DNA of 64,000 nucleotides from positions 186,001-250,000 of the forward strand of contig OZ316893.1 of NCBI GenBank assembly GCA_973895155.1, read 5' to 3'. The translations under genes were made by a program, and so were the position numbers. Below are positions 12,622 to 25,657 of the stretch, one piece after another. The DNA comes from Marsupella aquatica (lineage: Eukaryota; Plantae; Marchantiophyta). How positions within the stretch are numbered: position 1 is the stretch's first letter; the number at the start of each line of letters is the position of its first letter. The notes below the pieces were generated by a model. The model saw only the letters and a program-made list of their open reading frames with translations, did no database searches and had not been told where the DNA came from.

Positions 12622-13914
12622 TTGCTGAAATTTGACAAAGAAATAGTGCGAGCTGCATTCCATCTGCCCAATGGGCAATTTGGACATTTTCGAAATTCAT
12701 GGGCGTCCGAGCAACTGGATGCCATGATTATTGTGCCTCAGAACCACACAAACCCTTGGAGTTTGGATACCCTATCGGATGTGTTCAGGCGTTGGCAGGA
12801 GCTTGTGAAGGTTGTAAACAAGCTACTTCTTGGGAAAACAAAGCCCACCCAGGTAACCGGGAAGGACATGTGGGTGTACTGGGCTTCCTGGTGGAGTACA
12901 ATCCCGGAAGAGGTTCGGGCCCAGGATGTGGAATGTCCAACTTTCAAGCCAGACTAGGCTCATTTTGTGTGGGACTGCTTGAAGGGTGAGATAGTGGCGT
13001 TGAGGAAGCAGTTGTCAGATGATAAGCTTCCGAGAATGAAACGTTATCCCTGTTACTGTGGCACGGCTGTAACGCGATTGCTCCTTCACAGTGGGTATTC
13101 CATGAGGGATCTACTTCAAAAACCCAGGAGTGCAGACGAAAGTGAGACGCGCAGTAGGCAGAGTGCTAGTGAAGCAGAGATGCGGGGTCAGAGCGTCAGA
13201 GAAGAGTATAGTATTTTCCCAATGGACGTCTGCTTTGAACCTGTTACAGCCACACCTGGAGAGAGCTGGCATCCAGTACAGGAGGTTTGATGGGTCCTTA
13301 GGGCCACTGGGGTGCCGCGGTGATGGAGGAGTTCAGGACGCGCCCGGAGGTGCGTACGTAGGGCAAGTACACCACCATACTTCAGGGTTTAGGGTCGTTC
13401 AAATTAACTATCGAACCAACTCAATTGACCGGCCTGTTTCTTACATGCTTCTTTGCCATGCAGGTGAGTGTCATTCTGATGTCCTTGCTTTCCGGAGGTG
13501 TTGTGCTGAACATCGAATACGCCAATCATGTTTTTTTCCTGGACTCTTGGTGGAATCCAGCAATGGAAGACCAGGCCGTTGGTCGAGCACATCGAATAGG
13601 ACAGAAGAAAAAAGTGTACGTGACACGAATCGTTCTAGAGGACTCGGTCGAGGAGTCGGTTTTGGAGCTGCAGGTACGTACCGGTTTCTTAAGAAGCTTT
13701 CTTCAACAATATGTTAGCTTGTATACATAGTTTGCCGAAACCCTAAACCATTCAAACTCTCTACCTTATTGTCCCACTCTTTTGACTGCAGGATATGAAG
13801 CGTAACATGGCTCAACAGCTCTACGAAGGAGGTGGGGCCGCATTCAGACCTAGTACACAATCTGACGGCGGTGTTTCGAGAGATATTGAGTACATATTTC
13901 GCCAGTCTCGCTAA
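12622..13914 (+). pseudogene. PMD/Transposase_32-like domain fused to a RAD5/RAD16-type SNF2 helicase C-terminal domain (spliced, degenerate)
   Basis: 12622..13130 aligns by eye with 28650..29157 (RAAF.LP.G, NP.SL, LLGK.KP.Q, PD(W), YCGTA.T.LLLH.G.S). It is followed by 'KSIVFSQWTSALNLL..RRFDGSL' and 'VILMSLLSGGVVLNIEYANHVFFLDSWWNPAMEDQAVGRAHRIGQKKKVYV'. GT-AG introns at ~13350..13463 and 13674..13791; last exon 'DMKRNMAQQLY...DIEYIFRQSR*' ends at 13914. TAG at 12955 and frameshifts near 13190 and 13310. Confidence 0.85.
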
Positions 13915-15349
13915 GCACCGACGGGCTTTGGAGTTAGTTGGCCGTGCACTCGCAATATCACTTGAACTGTAAAAGCTGCTGCTTGCACAATCAGGCCACA
14001 GGTTAATCCCTGGCTGTGTTGGTCTTATCGATGGTTCTTTGCTTCCCTTACCTAAACGTCCTTTTGCCCATGGGGAATGCTACTGTGGGGAAAGAGTAGA
14101 TACTCAGTCAATGTGCAGGTGGTCTGTGATAATAGCGGCGGACAATGAAATGAAATGTTTGCCTTTCCCATTTTCAAGGAATGCCTGGCTTAAGGAAATG
14201 ACCTCTTTGGAAGTTCTGCACAGATGTAAACAGTAAAATCTGGTGGGTGACACCGGGTACCAGGCTTTACCTCATGTAGTTTGTGCATTCAAGAGAGCAG
14301 ACATGGTACATGACAAAGAGGATTTCAGCACTTGGTGTGGCAGAGTGCCGTGGTACATGACAAAGAGGATTCCTCCCCTGAATTCATCTGTCCACGGTTA
14401 GATTAGATATTCAGCGACTGGAGACATCCAGACAATTGACAATTCGGAAGAAGTAAGATGTGCTTAGACATCCTTGCCTCTCTACTCTCGCACTTTGACA
14501 CGGAAACTTAGGACTGCTTTGATGCAGATGTTCCGAGAGGGAAGATTGAATTTGAGACGCCCTAGCAGTAGTAGAGCCAAGGCTAGAAAGAGCTACGGTG
14601 GCATTTTTAGATTGCAGTAAGGAGAGGAGTAAGAGGACGGCCCCCTTCTGTTTTGGCTTCTTTCGGGTGGTTCTGTTCCAGTGTGCTATAAAGCCCATTT
14701 CAATTAATCTAAAAAAAATTCAATTAATTGAAAATAATACCTCATGGCCTTTTGGTATACATGCCCCCATTTGCTTGTAGACGGGCTACCGTAGTATCCT
14801 TGAATTCTGCCTTGTTGGGAGTCTGTTTCCACGCTTTGCTGTCCGTATACTGCGCGACTCTCGTGTAGAGCCTTAAATAAATCTTTAGTGTGAAAGCGAT
14901 ATGAAAACATAATTTTACAATGAAGCCGGAACACGGCACGTGATTGGACACGGATGACTTGTTCCCGGTGCACACTTGGCCACGCGTTTGGACTAACACA
15001 ATATAGACGCATCCGTTCCCAACTTCTATGACCTCTGTGTCCTCTGTATCCTGTATACACTCTGTACCCTCGGATTTCAACTGCAAAACCCAGGTTTTCT
15101 TATGATGCAAGTTTGGCTATTCGGTTAAATCAGCTAATTCCTACATGGAAGCTGCCCCCCTGTCTCGGTGGCAAACCCAGAGCTGAGTTGCTTGCTACCC
15201 CGCTTTGAACCCTGTGGTTCTGATTCTTCTACGTGGTAGCTGAAGGAAGGCAAATACGATACTTCTACACGGTGGTCCACAGAACAAATCCAAGCCACAC
15301 AATGTACTATGATTCCCAAAACTCGAACTGTCGAAGTCTACATCAATAT

Positions 15350-18300
15350 TCAGACAATCGATTTCCTAAATAGGCTCACAACAATTCTTCTCCTAGCAGA
15401 ATCCATGTCCTGAGCCGTGAAATCAAAAACCATGTCTAAACTACGGTACTCAGCAAATTTCATGACAAATACGCCACAGTTGTAGCTGTCGGTTTGGCGA
15501 GGAATGTCCTTGCGTGCGTGCCTGGGCCACTCACGAGCCCAAAGGTGCTTCTGATTTTTGGTTCTCAATTTGTCGTCCATGTATTTCGCCAGGTTTTTCA
15601 GAACATCCGGCTCTTCACCATGAAGGGAATCCAGATACTCTAGGCATTTCTCGTTCTTGTCAATGACGACCCACGCCCAATGGCTTCCGCCATCAATGTG
15701 AATAGGGACAAAAATACGATCACAATCAAGCAAGAAATACGTCAATTTCGAGGTCCATGACTCCACCGCCGCATAATTATAACCATTCTTTGTGAGTACC
15801 AAGTAGAACCAGGTATCAAAGAAATGGCACTTGAAGACTCTCATCCGTGATCTGTCTTCCATCGCTTTGATGAGACCGAAATACGCGTTCATAACCTCGG
15901 AAGTTATCCATTCTCCTGGAGAGAGGCATCTCATTTCTTTCCGGGTTATGACGCAACCATTAGCGGTGCTGACTAAAACTGCGTCTTGATCCAAGTCAGG
16001 GCTCAGGCAGAAGTCTATGACGCCGTGGTCGTCCACCTGGTCCGGTGGAGGGTTTTCTTTTGGTGACTCATTGACAGTAGTAATGGATTTAGTTTTTTGG
16101 ACCCGGGCGCCTCTTTGAATCGCATGCTCGACGATAGTGCTATCTGATACTCCTCCTGGATGATGAACATGAGCCGCGACGACGGACTTTTCACCCCGAA
16201 CTGGGGTGCTATTATTATTATCATTGGAAAGATGATAACGCGGACGATCGATATCGCGGACGATCGATACTTGCGAGTCTCTTAACAAGGACTGTCCGGA
16301 TAATAGCCCCGCCGGCACTACTGCCCCGTCAAACGACTGAGGCACGTGGTGGTCATGACCGGCTTGCACCGCACACGAGAGCGAAGGCAGAACAGCTGTG
16401 TCTCCTTGGAGACCCTTGTCCACAGCGCTGTCCATTCGCATACTCGCAGGATAGTGACCACTGGCTGCCCTGGCATTCAAATCTTGTGTGGAGCAGCCCG
16501 GTGGTCTCCACAATGACTTTGCGAAGCTCGACACCTTGTCCAGAGACTTCATGTTCTTGGCATACGCTGTGAGGTCCATGACGTCCTCCCTGGCGGAGCA
16601 GAATGAGAAGCACTCGCGTTCCAAGAGTAGTGCATGCTTCAGAACCTGCCCCCTTGTAAAGAAATCGAGCACTATTTCCTCTTTTTTCGAGAAAACTTCT
16701 ATTATAGCTCGGATTATTCGCCCGGGCTTGATATTGGTAGTGAAGGAGCGGCCGCTGGGCGATCTGAATGGAACCCGATTTTCCAGCCTAACTTTCATCG
16801 CCGCTTGTTTGATGCTAGCCATCTCCCCATTGGGACGGTCCGTCGATTGTTCCTTGCTTGCCTTCCGGAGCTCCACTCGGTCTCCGTCTTCGAAGCTGAA
16901 ATGGCCGCTGAAATTCTTGAAATGCGCTTCCCAATCCGGTTCCCTGTCTTGGGAAACGCCGAGAAAAATCACAGTTTCCACCACACCTCTCATGTGCTGC
17001 CGCGGGAGAAGCTCAAAGGCATTCTTGAAATAGGTGCCATATTCAAGATGGGCATTATAGTTATCCGGGAGACATCGCGCCGCCTCAATGATCCATGCTA
17101 GAAGTATTCCCGGATGCACAAAAAAGGCGAGGGTCAGTGACTCGTTGGCCGGAACATTGACGACAATTTTCAGAAAATTCAATATTTCTGATTGTGTCCA
17201 CGTATTGCCCCTGGTGTGTGTCAAGTCCACGATCGCAAGAGATGCCACAATACTCTCACTACAGCTAGAGCAATCGAACGGTGGCTCGGCCGAAGCGAGA
17301 AAATTTCCAGTGTAGAAAATTTTGTAGGGATCCATCCTCGACCGAATATGTCCGCCAAACTTCTTCAGATACAGATTTCGTAGCCTATTTTTCAAAGCCT
17401 CCGGCATGTCGGCCCTCTCGGACACCTTCACCAGGCTCTTGAAATATCCGGCATCGACCAATGCGCAACAGCGATCGAGTTCGTCATTCGTAAAATCAAA
17501 CGTCCGAACGACGTCCGCCCAGAGAGCACCGGCTGAAAACAATTGGTCATAGTTTGCGCGATAGAATCGCAGGATTGCGCCTTTCAGTTTGTCCGTATAC
17601 TTTGCCTTTGCTGCCAGGTCGGACATGGTCGGCAGATCAGTTAAAGCGTGTTTCTTTCTAATCAACAGCACATCACCCGAAAGGACTTTCATTAAGATGT
17701 CGGTGATGTCGGATTCCTGCGCACCCTCAAACACTCGGAACGTACTTCCGGTTAACCTCTTTGCTTCCTTTGGTTTGTAGGTAACCTCTCCAATGTTGTC
17801 GGGCAAATGTCCTTTCAACCAACTGTTGCAAACCGCTCTCCACAGTTTGTACAGGTCTTCCGAGGCGAACAGGATCTAGTTATACTCGCTGATGGTACTC
17901 ACCTGCAGCATGAGTTTTGCAAGCGCCTCGTACTCCTGATCATTATCAATCATAAATATGTGAATCGAAGAATTACACACGCTGCGTACACTACATACCC
18001 TGCATACCCATTCAATAAAACACTTAAAAATGTAGTCATGATTTTCTGCCCACCCATCATATACATAAACACAAATCCTCCATATACTACCTGGAATTCG
18101 GTGGACTTCCGCCCAGAAGGAAGTGGACGAGCTGGACGACCCATTTCGCTGTACTGCAACCGGGCGTGCTCCACCTGATCGATGAATGGAGATGAAAACC
18201 TGTGTGCTTCGGCTTGCATGTTGTTTGCATGGGAAATCTCCACCAGAACTTGGGCAGGGATCGAACCCTTCAGGATTCGAGCCCGTCGATATTTCAGTAA

Positions 18301-20043
18301 CTTGGCTGTTTGCATCAACGCCGGTTGGGTTTGCGCACTCCTAATTATCCTCTTTGCAGCCATTGCCAAGTGTTGTCCACTGATTGCGAAATATTTTAAT
18401 TCGGACAACTTGTCGGAATCAGAATCGGAAACAGATAGGTCGATGAGTTTGTAAGCCCCGTCGATGCCAATGCTGTAGGCAACCAGATCTGCAGGTAGTG
18501 GCTCCTGACCAGCGTTGGTAATCATGAGTTCGACGAGGCGATTGACATGATTGTCATTCAGTAAACGCTCGTTCATCTTGGCTGGCGGAGTGTGGATATT
18601 GTCCACTGGAACCGCGCAAAGCGTAGATAGTCCAAAGGAATACCAACACTCGTACAACTGCAAAGTCCTCTCTACATTTTCGAGATGAGAACGATCGACC
18701 AACAATGTCGAACTATCATCCACATTCAGCTCGACGGTGTTGATCGACACCCTTTTCTTCTTCGAGACCCTGCTCGTGTGCCCTTCCTCTGTCTTTGTTT
18801 TCGCTCCACATGCTTGTTCAATGTTCTCCCCTTTGCTTCTTTTCCCCGTTTTTTCTGCCATCGCCTGAGGTTTCTGTTTTCCCGATGCCTCCCCTTTTTG
18901 TGCTTCCTTTCCTTCTTCCCTGGCTGCTGCTGCTCTCTCTCTCGTGACGACCTTTCTTTCGGCTGCTTTCCTAGACGTCTCATTCTCCGGCCCGGTCTTC
19001 GTTTGGGGTTCCTTGTCTTCGCTCCTTTCAACTTGCTGCCTCCCTCGCGTGCTTGGCACCGTCAACTGTTTATCGTCCCTATTTCTCTTTTTGCGATTTA
19101 TGAACTGATCCGGCCGTAATACCACTTCAAGCATTTCCTCCGGCACACTGCATGTACCTTCCACAACCTCATTACCCTCGAATCTGCCTGAATGAGATGG
19201 ATGACAAGGTTCCAGCTTCCTCGTTTCTGGCCCTGATTCAGACAAACGTCCAGCTTGACGAAGAACTGGATGCTTACGGATCCAAGTTTTTACAGAATCG
19301 CGACTAAATTCGTTTGTGAAAATTACAGCTTTGTCGATAGTTATCCTCTCGCGAAGCTCATCGTCACCTATGGTACGCGCCATGATGTGTGCCACCTCTC
19401 TGGTTCGGGACAGGAAAAGTCCATGCCTGTGATTCAATAAGAAGTTTACCCTTCCAAGCCCGTACAGTATATCATCACAACATATGTCACGATCCTCATC
19501 CATGAACGACTCACAAGTGGGATCAAAGAATCCGTGCGATGTGATGTTCATCCGGACATCGTACGGTTCGAGGCAATGTGCACAGCAGAATCTTCCAGCA
19601 AGTGCGACAAATTGCTTGAAACTCAAACCTTCAAGATCCTCCACCGTTATGATGAGCTGCCTCTCTCCCGGCCGCCACTTAGGATTGGCAGTTACACAGC
19701 AGTCCGCGATAGCACCAAAAGTGACCCAGCATTTCTGCTCCTTCTCGGTTGCTATGCCTCGAAGGACACACCGCCACACGCCCGTCACTTGCATCAATTC
19801 AAAAGACCATGATGGAACCGATTCAGAGATACGAGCATATCCCTTCACTTTAGGTGTCTGTAGCGCCAGATGGCTCAAATCGTAGAGAAGCGGTTCAACT
19901 CCTACGATCGAGCAAGAAGCGAAGTATTTAGATTTTAGCACCACAAGAACACGGACGAAGGTGTTTTGACACGGCAAGCCATCTAGAAAAATTGACGACT
20001 CTAAAGGATAGCAGAGATGCAAACAAACCCAAAAATGAGCCAT
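15350..20043 (-). pseudogene. Multidomain gene: ParB/DGQH-like domain, beta-class N6/N4 DNA methyltransferase-like domain and Ulp1 (peptidase C48) SUMO protease; one in-frame stop
   Basis: Exon 20043..18091 contains 'VPVDNIHTP..NERLLNDNHVNRLVELM...YFAISGQH'. A putative phase-0 intron 18090..17936 (CAG|GTAG...ATCAG|GAG) joins it in frame to the 822-aa ORF through one TAG (17876..17878). The MTase-like motifs are 'SLAIVDLTH' then 'KPGRIIRAIIEVFSKKEEIVLDFFTRGQVLKHALLLER'. Ulp1: 'WITSEVMNAY', 'PIHIDGGSHW', 'YLDSL', 'PRQTDSYNCGVFV'. Ulp1 call is strong; ParB and MTase calls are moderate. Confidence 0.7.
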
Positions 20044-23000
20044 TTCAAACCCTAAATCCTAAAGCCATTCCCATTGCCGACGATCGCCACAATGGAATAC
20101 AGTGTGCAAATATGACATAGACAACCCTAATGGGTGAGAGCTGCCTCCGCGGGCCGGAAGAAAGGCTGACAACCCTAAAACATCGCGCGTTGTATATCAT
20201 CTCATTTGCATCGCCGCCCATGGTTCTCTGCAAAAGAAGTCGCATATCCTACCAGAGAGTCGCGTAGGGTAAATGACAGATGGGGGTTTAAGACCCTACC
20301 TTCCAGTTGGATGAAAGCTTCGGTTGCCAATGCCAGAGCATCCGACACCGGCAGAGTTGTCGTCATTCATTCGCGTGATCTCCCTATTCACTGGCGAGGG
20401 TGCAAAGAGAGCACAGACACGGGCGAAAGTACGCTACGGTAGGGAGCAAGCCACAGGAAATCCACCGGAGGATGCTGTTTAAGTAGTGTTGTTTCTTACT
20501 CTCGGGGTGGGCGAACCGTAAAGTGTGGCCGATGGTTAGGTCTTTCGTGCAGCAGAAGCTGGGATGCTCCTCATGACTGCTACCAGACTGGCAATCCGCA
20601 ACCCTGCAGGCTCCATCCATCTTGGATCGCCATCGTACTCTCAATGCCCTCTTAATGCCGAGCCTCGCTTCCCGTCCGCTTCACGTATGATCTCTCATGA
20701 ATGACGGCCGAGGATAAGTTACTCCTCAGGTGCCACCTCCCAATTTTCAAGATCCAAGTACCATCAGTACTGTTCAAGGCTCCTACTTACTGTCCCTGTC
20801 ACTACCTAAAGCAGCGAGCCCAAAGTAAGTACCACGAAGCGGCAAGTAACTCAGCATGAAAAGCCGAGGCACGAGCCATCAACAGGGCATCAGCCATCAT
20901 CATTAATTTCAAGGTTTAAGAGCCTGTGGGATCTGATAGTTCGCTCATGTCGTATTAAGAACCTCATGGATCTCATTGACAGCCAATCTGAAGTTGATGT
21001 GCCTTCTCCAAGTGGTCACCATTTTTTAAAACATAGAATACCTTCTTATAACGTGCTGTAAAAAAGAAGTAACCCAATAAAAAGAAAGACATAACACCAA
21101 AAGTGAACAGAACATAGCCTAAACCCTATGGGACTGTAATATGAATGATAAGCTTCCCCCCCCCCCGCCCACATATCTTACACCACTTGGGGGCCGGGGG
21201 GCGGGGGGGGAGGGGGTGGCGGGGTATAGGTTGGTGGAGCAAGCGCATTCTCTCCTCCTCATTCTTCACTGATGCTCTCATTCACTATGTTTCTTAATCG
21301 GTGGTATCTCGTTAGTGTAGCGTGTGATCGAGTGTTACACATTTGCTGCCTAGCCTGAGTTTAATTGGAGCGGGCATGAATGGCCATAAAATCATGTCCA
21401 AAATCATCGCGCATAAAATCATTTTCATTCCATCTCGACCACCCTAAAAGGTTGAAAATAGCGGGTGCAAAGAATGTAATTACTTCTCAACAGTTATAAG
21501 AAAAAATAATCCCCAATGGGATTCTAATGGGTATAATCCTTATACCGAGCTCATCTGAGACCGCAATATGTGACTCATTTTGGCTCAAGTGACTTCATTG
21601 TGACTCAACGTGACGTGAGCCGGGCTGTGACCCTTGGTGTTTCAAAAGTTGAGACCAAAAAACAAAAGTCACTATTGATACTGGACATTGCGACTTGCTT
21701 CAATGATACCCATTTGTGACTGATCTGTGACTCCATTATGGAGTCCAGCCTTGTTGATACGTGACTGCAGTGTGACTTTAATTAGTCACAGGGTAAGAAT
21801 TTAGGGAAGTTGTAACCATGACCGATCCAGTAATGGATTATAGCAATTGTGTAAGAGTTCATAAGGAGAGATAGTCAATTCAAGAGCACTCCACATTACA
21901 ATACATAGAAACCCTAAATCATCACTTTAGAAATATATAACATATTAAATACAAGAAATAAACAGAGCATGAATGACATCCACATGAAACAAAGCATGAT
22001 ATAAGGAGGTCCTACATAAAACATTCATAAGAATTCAACAGAATCACAATATTGCTGAAAGATGATGATCAATTCAATTACAATGGAACAGTTTACAATG
22101 TCGTCAACGTAATTCAGAGAAAACAGGAACTTGTAAACTGAAAATTGTTTGAAATGATTGAAAGCAAATGCATGTTACTATCAATTATCAAGCATGATAA
22201 TGCATTGCTTCTTGAATTCTAAAATCTACAAAACATGACAGTGGTGGACCTTGCCACCCAGCACCCTCACCAATCCCAGCACTCATGCCTCCACAGAATA
22301 CCTCGAGCAAGCATCCTAGGGCCCCTTGCACCACCAGCGGCCCCTCCCATACAAAGCCGCACTTGCTCTCCTACACGACCGCTACTCAACGGTCCTCACT
22401 GTCTGCACAAGCAAACAAGCACCTCAGTAAGTAACCCTTCAAGATCTAGAACTCGCCAAGTCTAGCATCCTAACTCAAGCTCAACAGAAATTGGTAAATA
22501 GGTCAGCGATAGGTCCTCCTGATGCCATAAGCGAGAACCAGAACCCACACCCACTGTTCGTCCAGAACAGCTCCTTCCTTGGGCGTAGCCAGGGTTCCCC
22601 CTCGTACCTATCCATCACCAACTGACAGCCCTGACCCCAGGACATGCTCATGGCCCAAATAGTGTACCTTGTCCTAAAGCTTGTCCTAAAAGCTTGTCTA
22701 GCAACCAACTCCCGATTCGCCTCACTAATGGCCTAGGGACCGAGTACTCTTGGAACTCAACCTCCACACCTACTTGGCCTTGCCTCCCCAACACAAGCTC
22801 CCTTGGGAGACTGAACACGGCTTGGCTGCTGTTCGGCAGGATTTGGTAAGCGGGCGAGTTAACACCAGCAAACCCCAAGAACCCATGGTGCCCCCAGACC
22901 CAGCTGAGCTCAGGAGGGCTACAGCTTTCCAACGCACCAAAGAAGTACTCCAAGAAGTTGTCATTTTGTGGTCGAGGCATTTGGTCTGCATACAATCAAG

Positions 23001-23310
23001 ATACTCAAGGCCCTAACCCTTCAATAACAAAATTTTTAATCAGAACGGAAAAAGATGTTCAATTCCTCTTTTTTTCTAAAATTCTCAAGCATTTTTTAAA
23101 CACAAATCGAGATGTTTGTTTCAGTCAGCATAGAAGGAATAGGTTGTGTGTACTTCTTACTTAGGTACGTTAGGCGCGATATTAATTAGGAACTTATTAC
23201 GTTATGGGACCCAAAAATGCCTCCAATAGTTTTTCTTCACAAGGTACTGTGCAGATCATTTGTATCGTGCCCAGATTTATATTGTGGTTTGACACACCTA
23301 GTAGCGCGCC

Positions 23311-23715
23311 GTGATGAGAATTATGCGGGTAGCTATGTGTTTCATGCCGGGTGGAGGTTGTATCACCTGCAATTCGACAACTGCATGTGGTGTTGCATCG
23401 TCTACTACCGAGGCCGAGTACACGCCTGCCTGTGAGGTAACTAAGGCACTGATCTGGCTACGGAGATTGGAGAGCCGTGGTGTTTGTATGGCAGTCAAAG
23501 TGCATTGCACTTGGCAAAGACACACCGTGTTCCACGCCAGGACAAAGCATGTTCACATTTGTTACAACTTCACTTCATCCGTGATGCGATTGACAAATTT
23601 GCGTCGACGAGGAAAACACAGAGGAGTTTAGAGCTACGGTAGCTGGTGTGTGGATATGATTAATCTTAGATATTTTACATCACTCATTGTGCAAACTGGA
23701 CTGAGAGTGGAGATG
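23311..23715 (+). mobile_element. Ty1/copia RNase H remnant
   Basis: 'GVASSTTEAEYTPACEVTKALIWLRRL...VFHARTKHVHICYNF' matches Copia RNase H motifs (S.TEAEY, FH.RTKH); purine-rich PPT-like tract at ~23699..23715. Confidence 0.75.
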
Positions 23716-25657
23716 GTTAGGATTTCAATCGACTTCCCCAATACGGAAGTTTGGACATTCATTGGAGACTAGGAAAGGATCCACTAACTTTCGACCCACT
23801 CAGCTTAGCATCCCTCGCCTGGAGGGTAGACCGAGGTTATCCATTGGATGTGTGTCGTTGGTTTAGAGACCGACCGACCAAGTGTACTCTCATCTACACA
23901 TTTATTAAACTCACATACACAAGGTGGAATCCTCAAGTTACAATCATAGATAACACACAACACAGTACGCACACAATGAACGAGGATGTCAATTGGATCC
24001 ACGATCGCTCTGTACTTGCCCGACATTCATTGTCCCCCTGTTCCACCAAAAGACCATGCTAAACATGCTACTCCTACCCAATGACGCAATTCCACTCCAG
24101 TGGCCTGAGGTAGATGATCCCACCCCGCACAATTCCCCAAACTCCACCCGCACAATTCGCACGGCCCCTAAACCCTAAATTCCCAGCCAGCTCTTCCGAC
24201 ACTCTTACCCACTCGCCGCAAGCTCCTTGGGGTTATAAATTTCTTCACCTATAACTAGCAACAACCTCCTTGGGAAGTTCTTCACCTATTTAACTAGGAA
24301 CTACTACTAAAGTCTAAAAATTGCAGAGTATTCTTTGTTACCGTCCAGTCACGCCTAATGTGCGGTATTATTACTCTGTGAGAAATTTACTCATCAAAGC
24401 GAACTAAACACTTTCACTAACGACAAGCAACGCTTATGCGATTTACCTGTTTCGGTTCTTTCTTTTATTTCTTTACTTAATTTTACATTCTTCGACTAAG
24501 TTAGTTCATTTCATGCAATGGGGAAGAAAATTCCAAGTTCACACCACAAAACACATCATGACCCTGAAGTCAATGCGCAACCCACTCAACATTAGGAAAT
24601 GATGTGAGCTTTAGGGTTTTACTTGGTCATCTCAACATTAGGAAATGATGTGAGCTTTAGGGTTTTACCTGGTCATCTGCCAAAATGCCCCCAAAACATT
24701 CGGAATCACCACTCTCCCTCGACAACATCCAGAATAGACCTTTCCGTTGATGTTGGTAAACTGTCACATTTTGCATAAGCCCATCTGGTGGGCTTGCTTC
24801 TCCTGTGAAGTCCCTATCATCGATGTATTCCTGCAATGGTCATGGAATAACAGTCAGCCTTCTTAACCGGCTCTGCTCATCTAAACTGAGTATTTGGACA
24901 AGACGCTGCGACATGGTTAGTTTACTCACTCGTTCCTCTGTTTGCGAAAAAGGTTGGACTCGAACTCGGGGAAAGTCCATCTCTGAATCTGAATCTGAAT
25001 CGGAACAGGAATCTGCGGTTGTACGACGCACGGAGGTAGCGTCAATGTCAACATGATCAAGCTATCCCCTTCATTATCAAAAGACCACAACAGTCGTTGC
25101 CTTTTTGGGGGGTCCTCCAAATTAATACGAGTCAATTGCGAGACCACAGACAGAGAACAACTTGCAGTCTCATCCCTCTGTACTCAATTTTTACATGGCA
25201 CTGTTGTCATTTCATTGTTGGAGGTTGAACCAAGTAATGGACGTCCATGAGCTTGCCTCTTTGGTTCCGCGATGAACGATATAATTGGTTCAGCGTTTGA
25301 CACCTGCTTTCTCTTCAAATTCCTCACTGTACATTCCAACTCTTCAACCTTTGCAAGAGCTATGTGCAATTGGTCATCCTTGAATTTTAATTCTACTTTC
25401 TGAGTCGAAACTATTTGTTGCAAGTCTACTTCTCGCCCAATCTACAATGCACCTGTTCAAGCTCTGCCATTGTACGCTCTAAGTCCAATTTCAAAGACTC
25501 CACGTTAGTGCGCTGAGTATTGCGTTTGGCAGTGCACTTTGCTACCTCATTTCTCAGTTCCCCCATGCACATTTTGTTCTCCTTCAAAGCTTTGTGAGCA
25601 ACTGCGTATTCCGCCTTCAGCCTTGTCTATTCTACAAGTGCTCGTTGAAGGTCTTCC

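Noticed and set aside
22200-23020. GC-richer block with several short ORFs
   Set aside because: No recognisable motif; likely degraded TE sequence.
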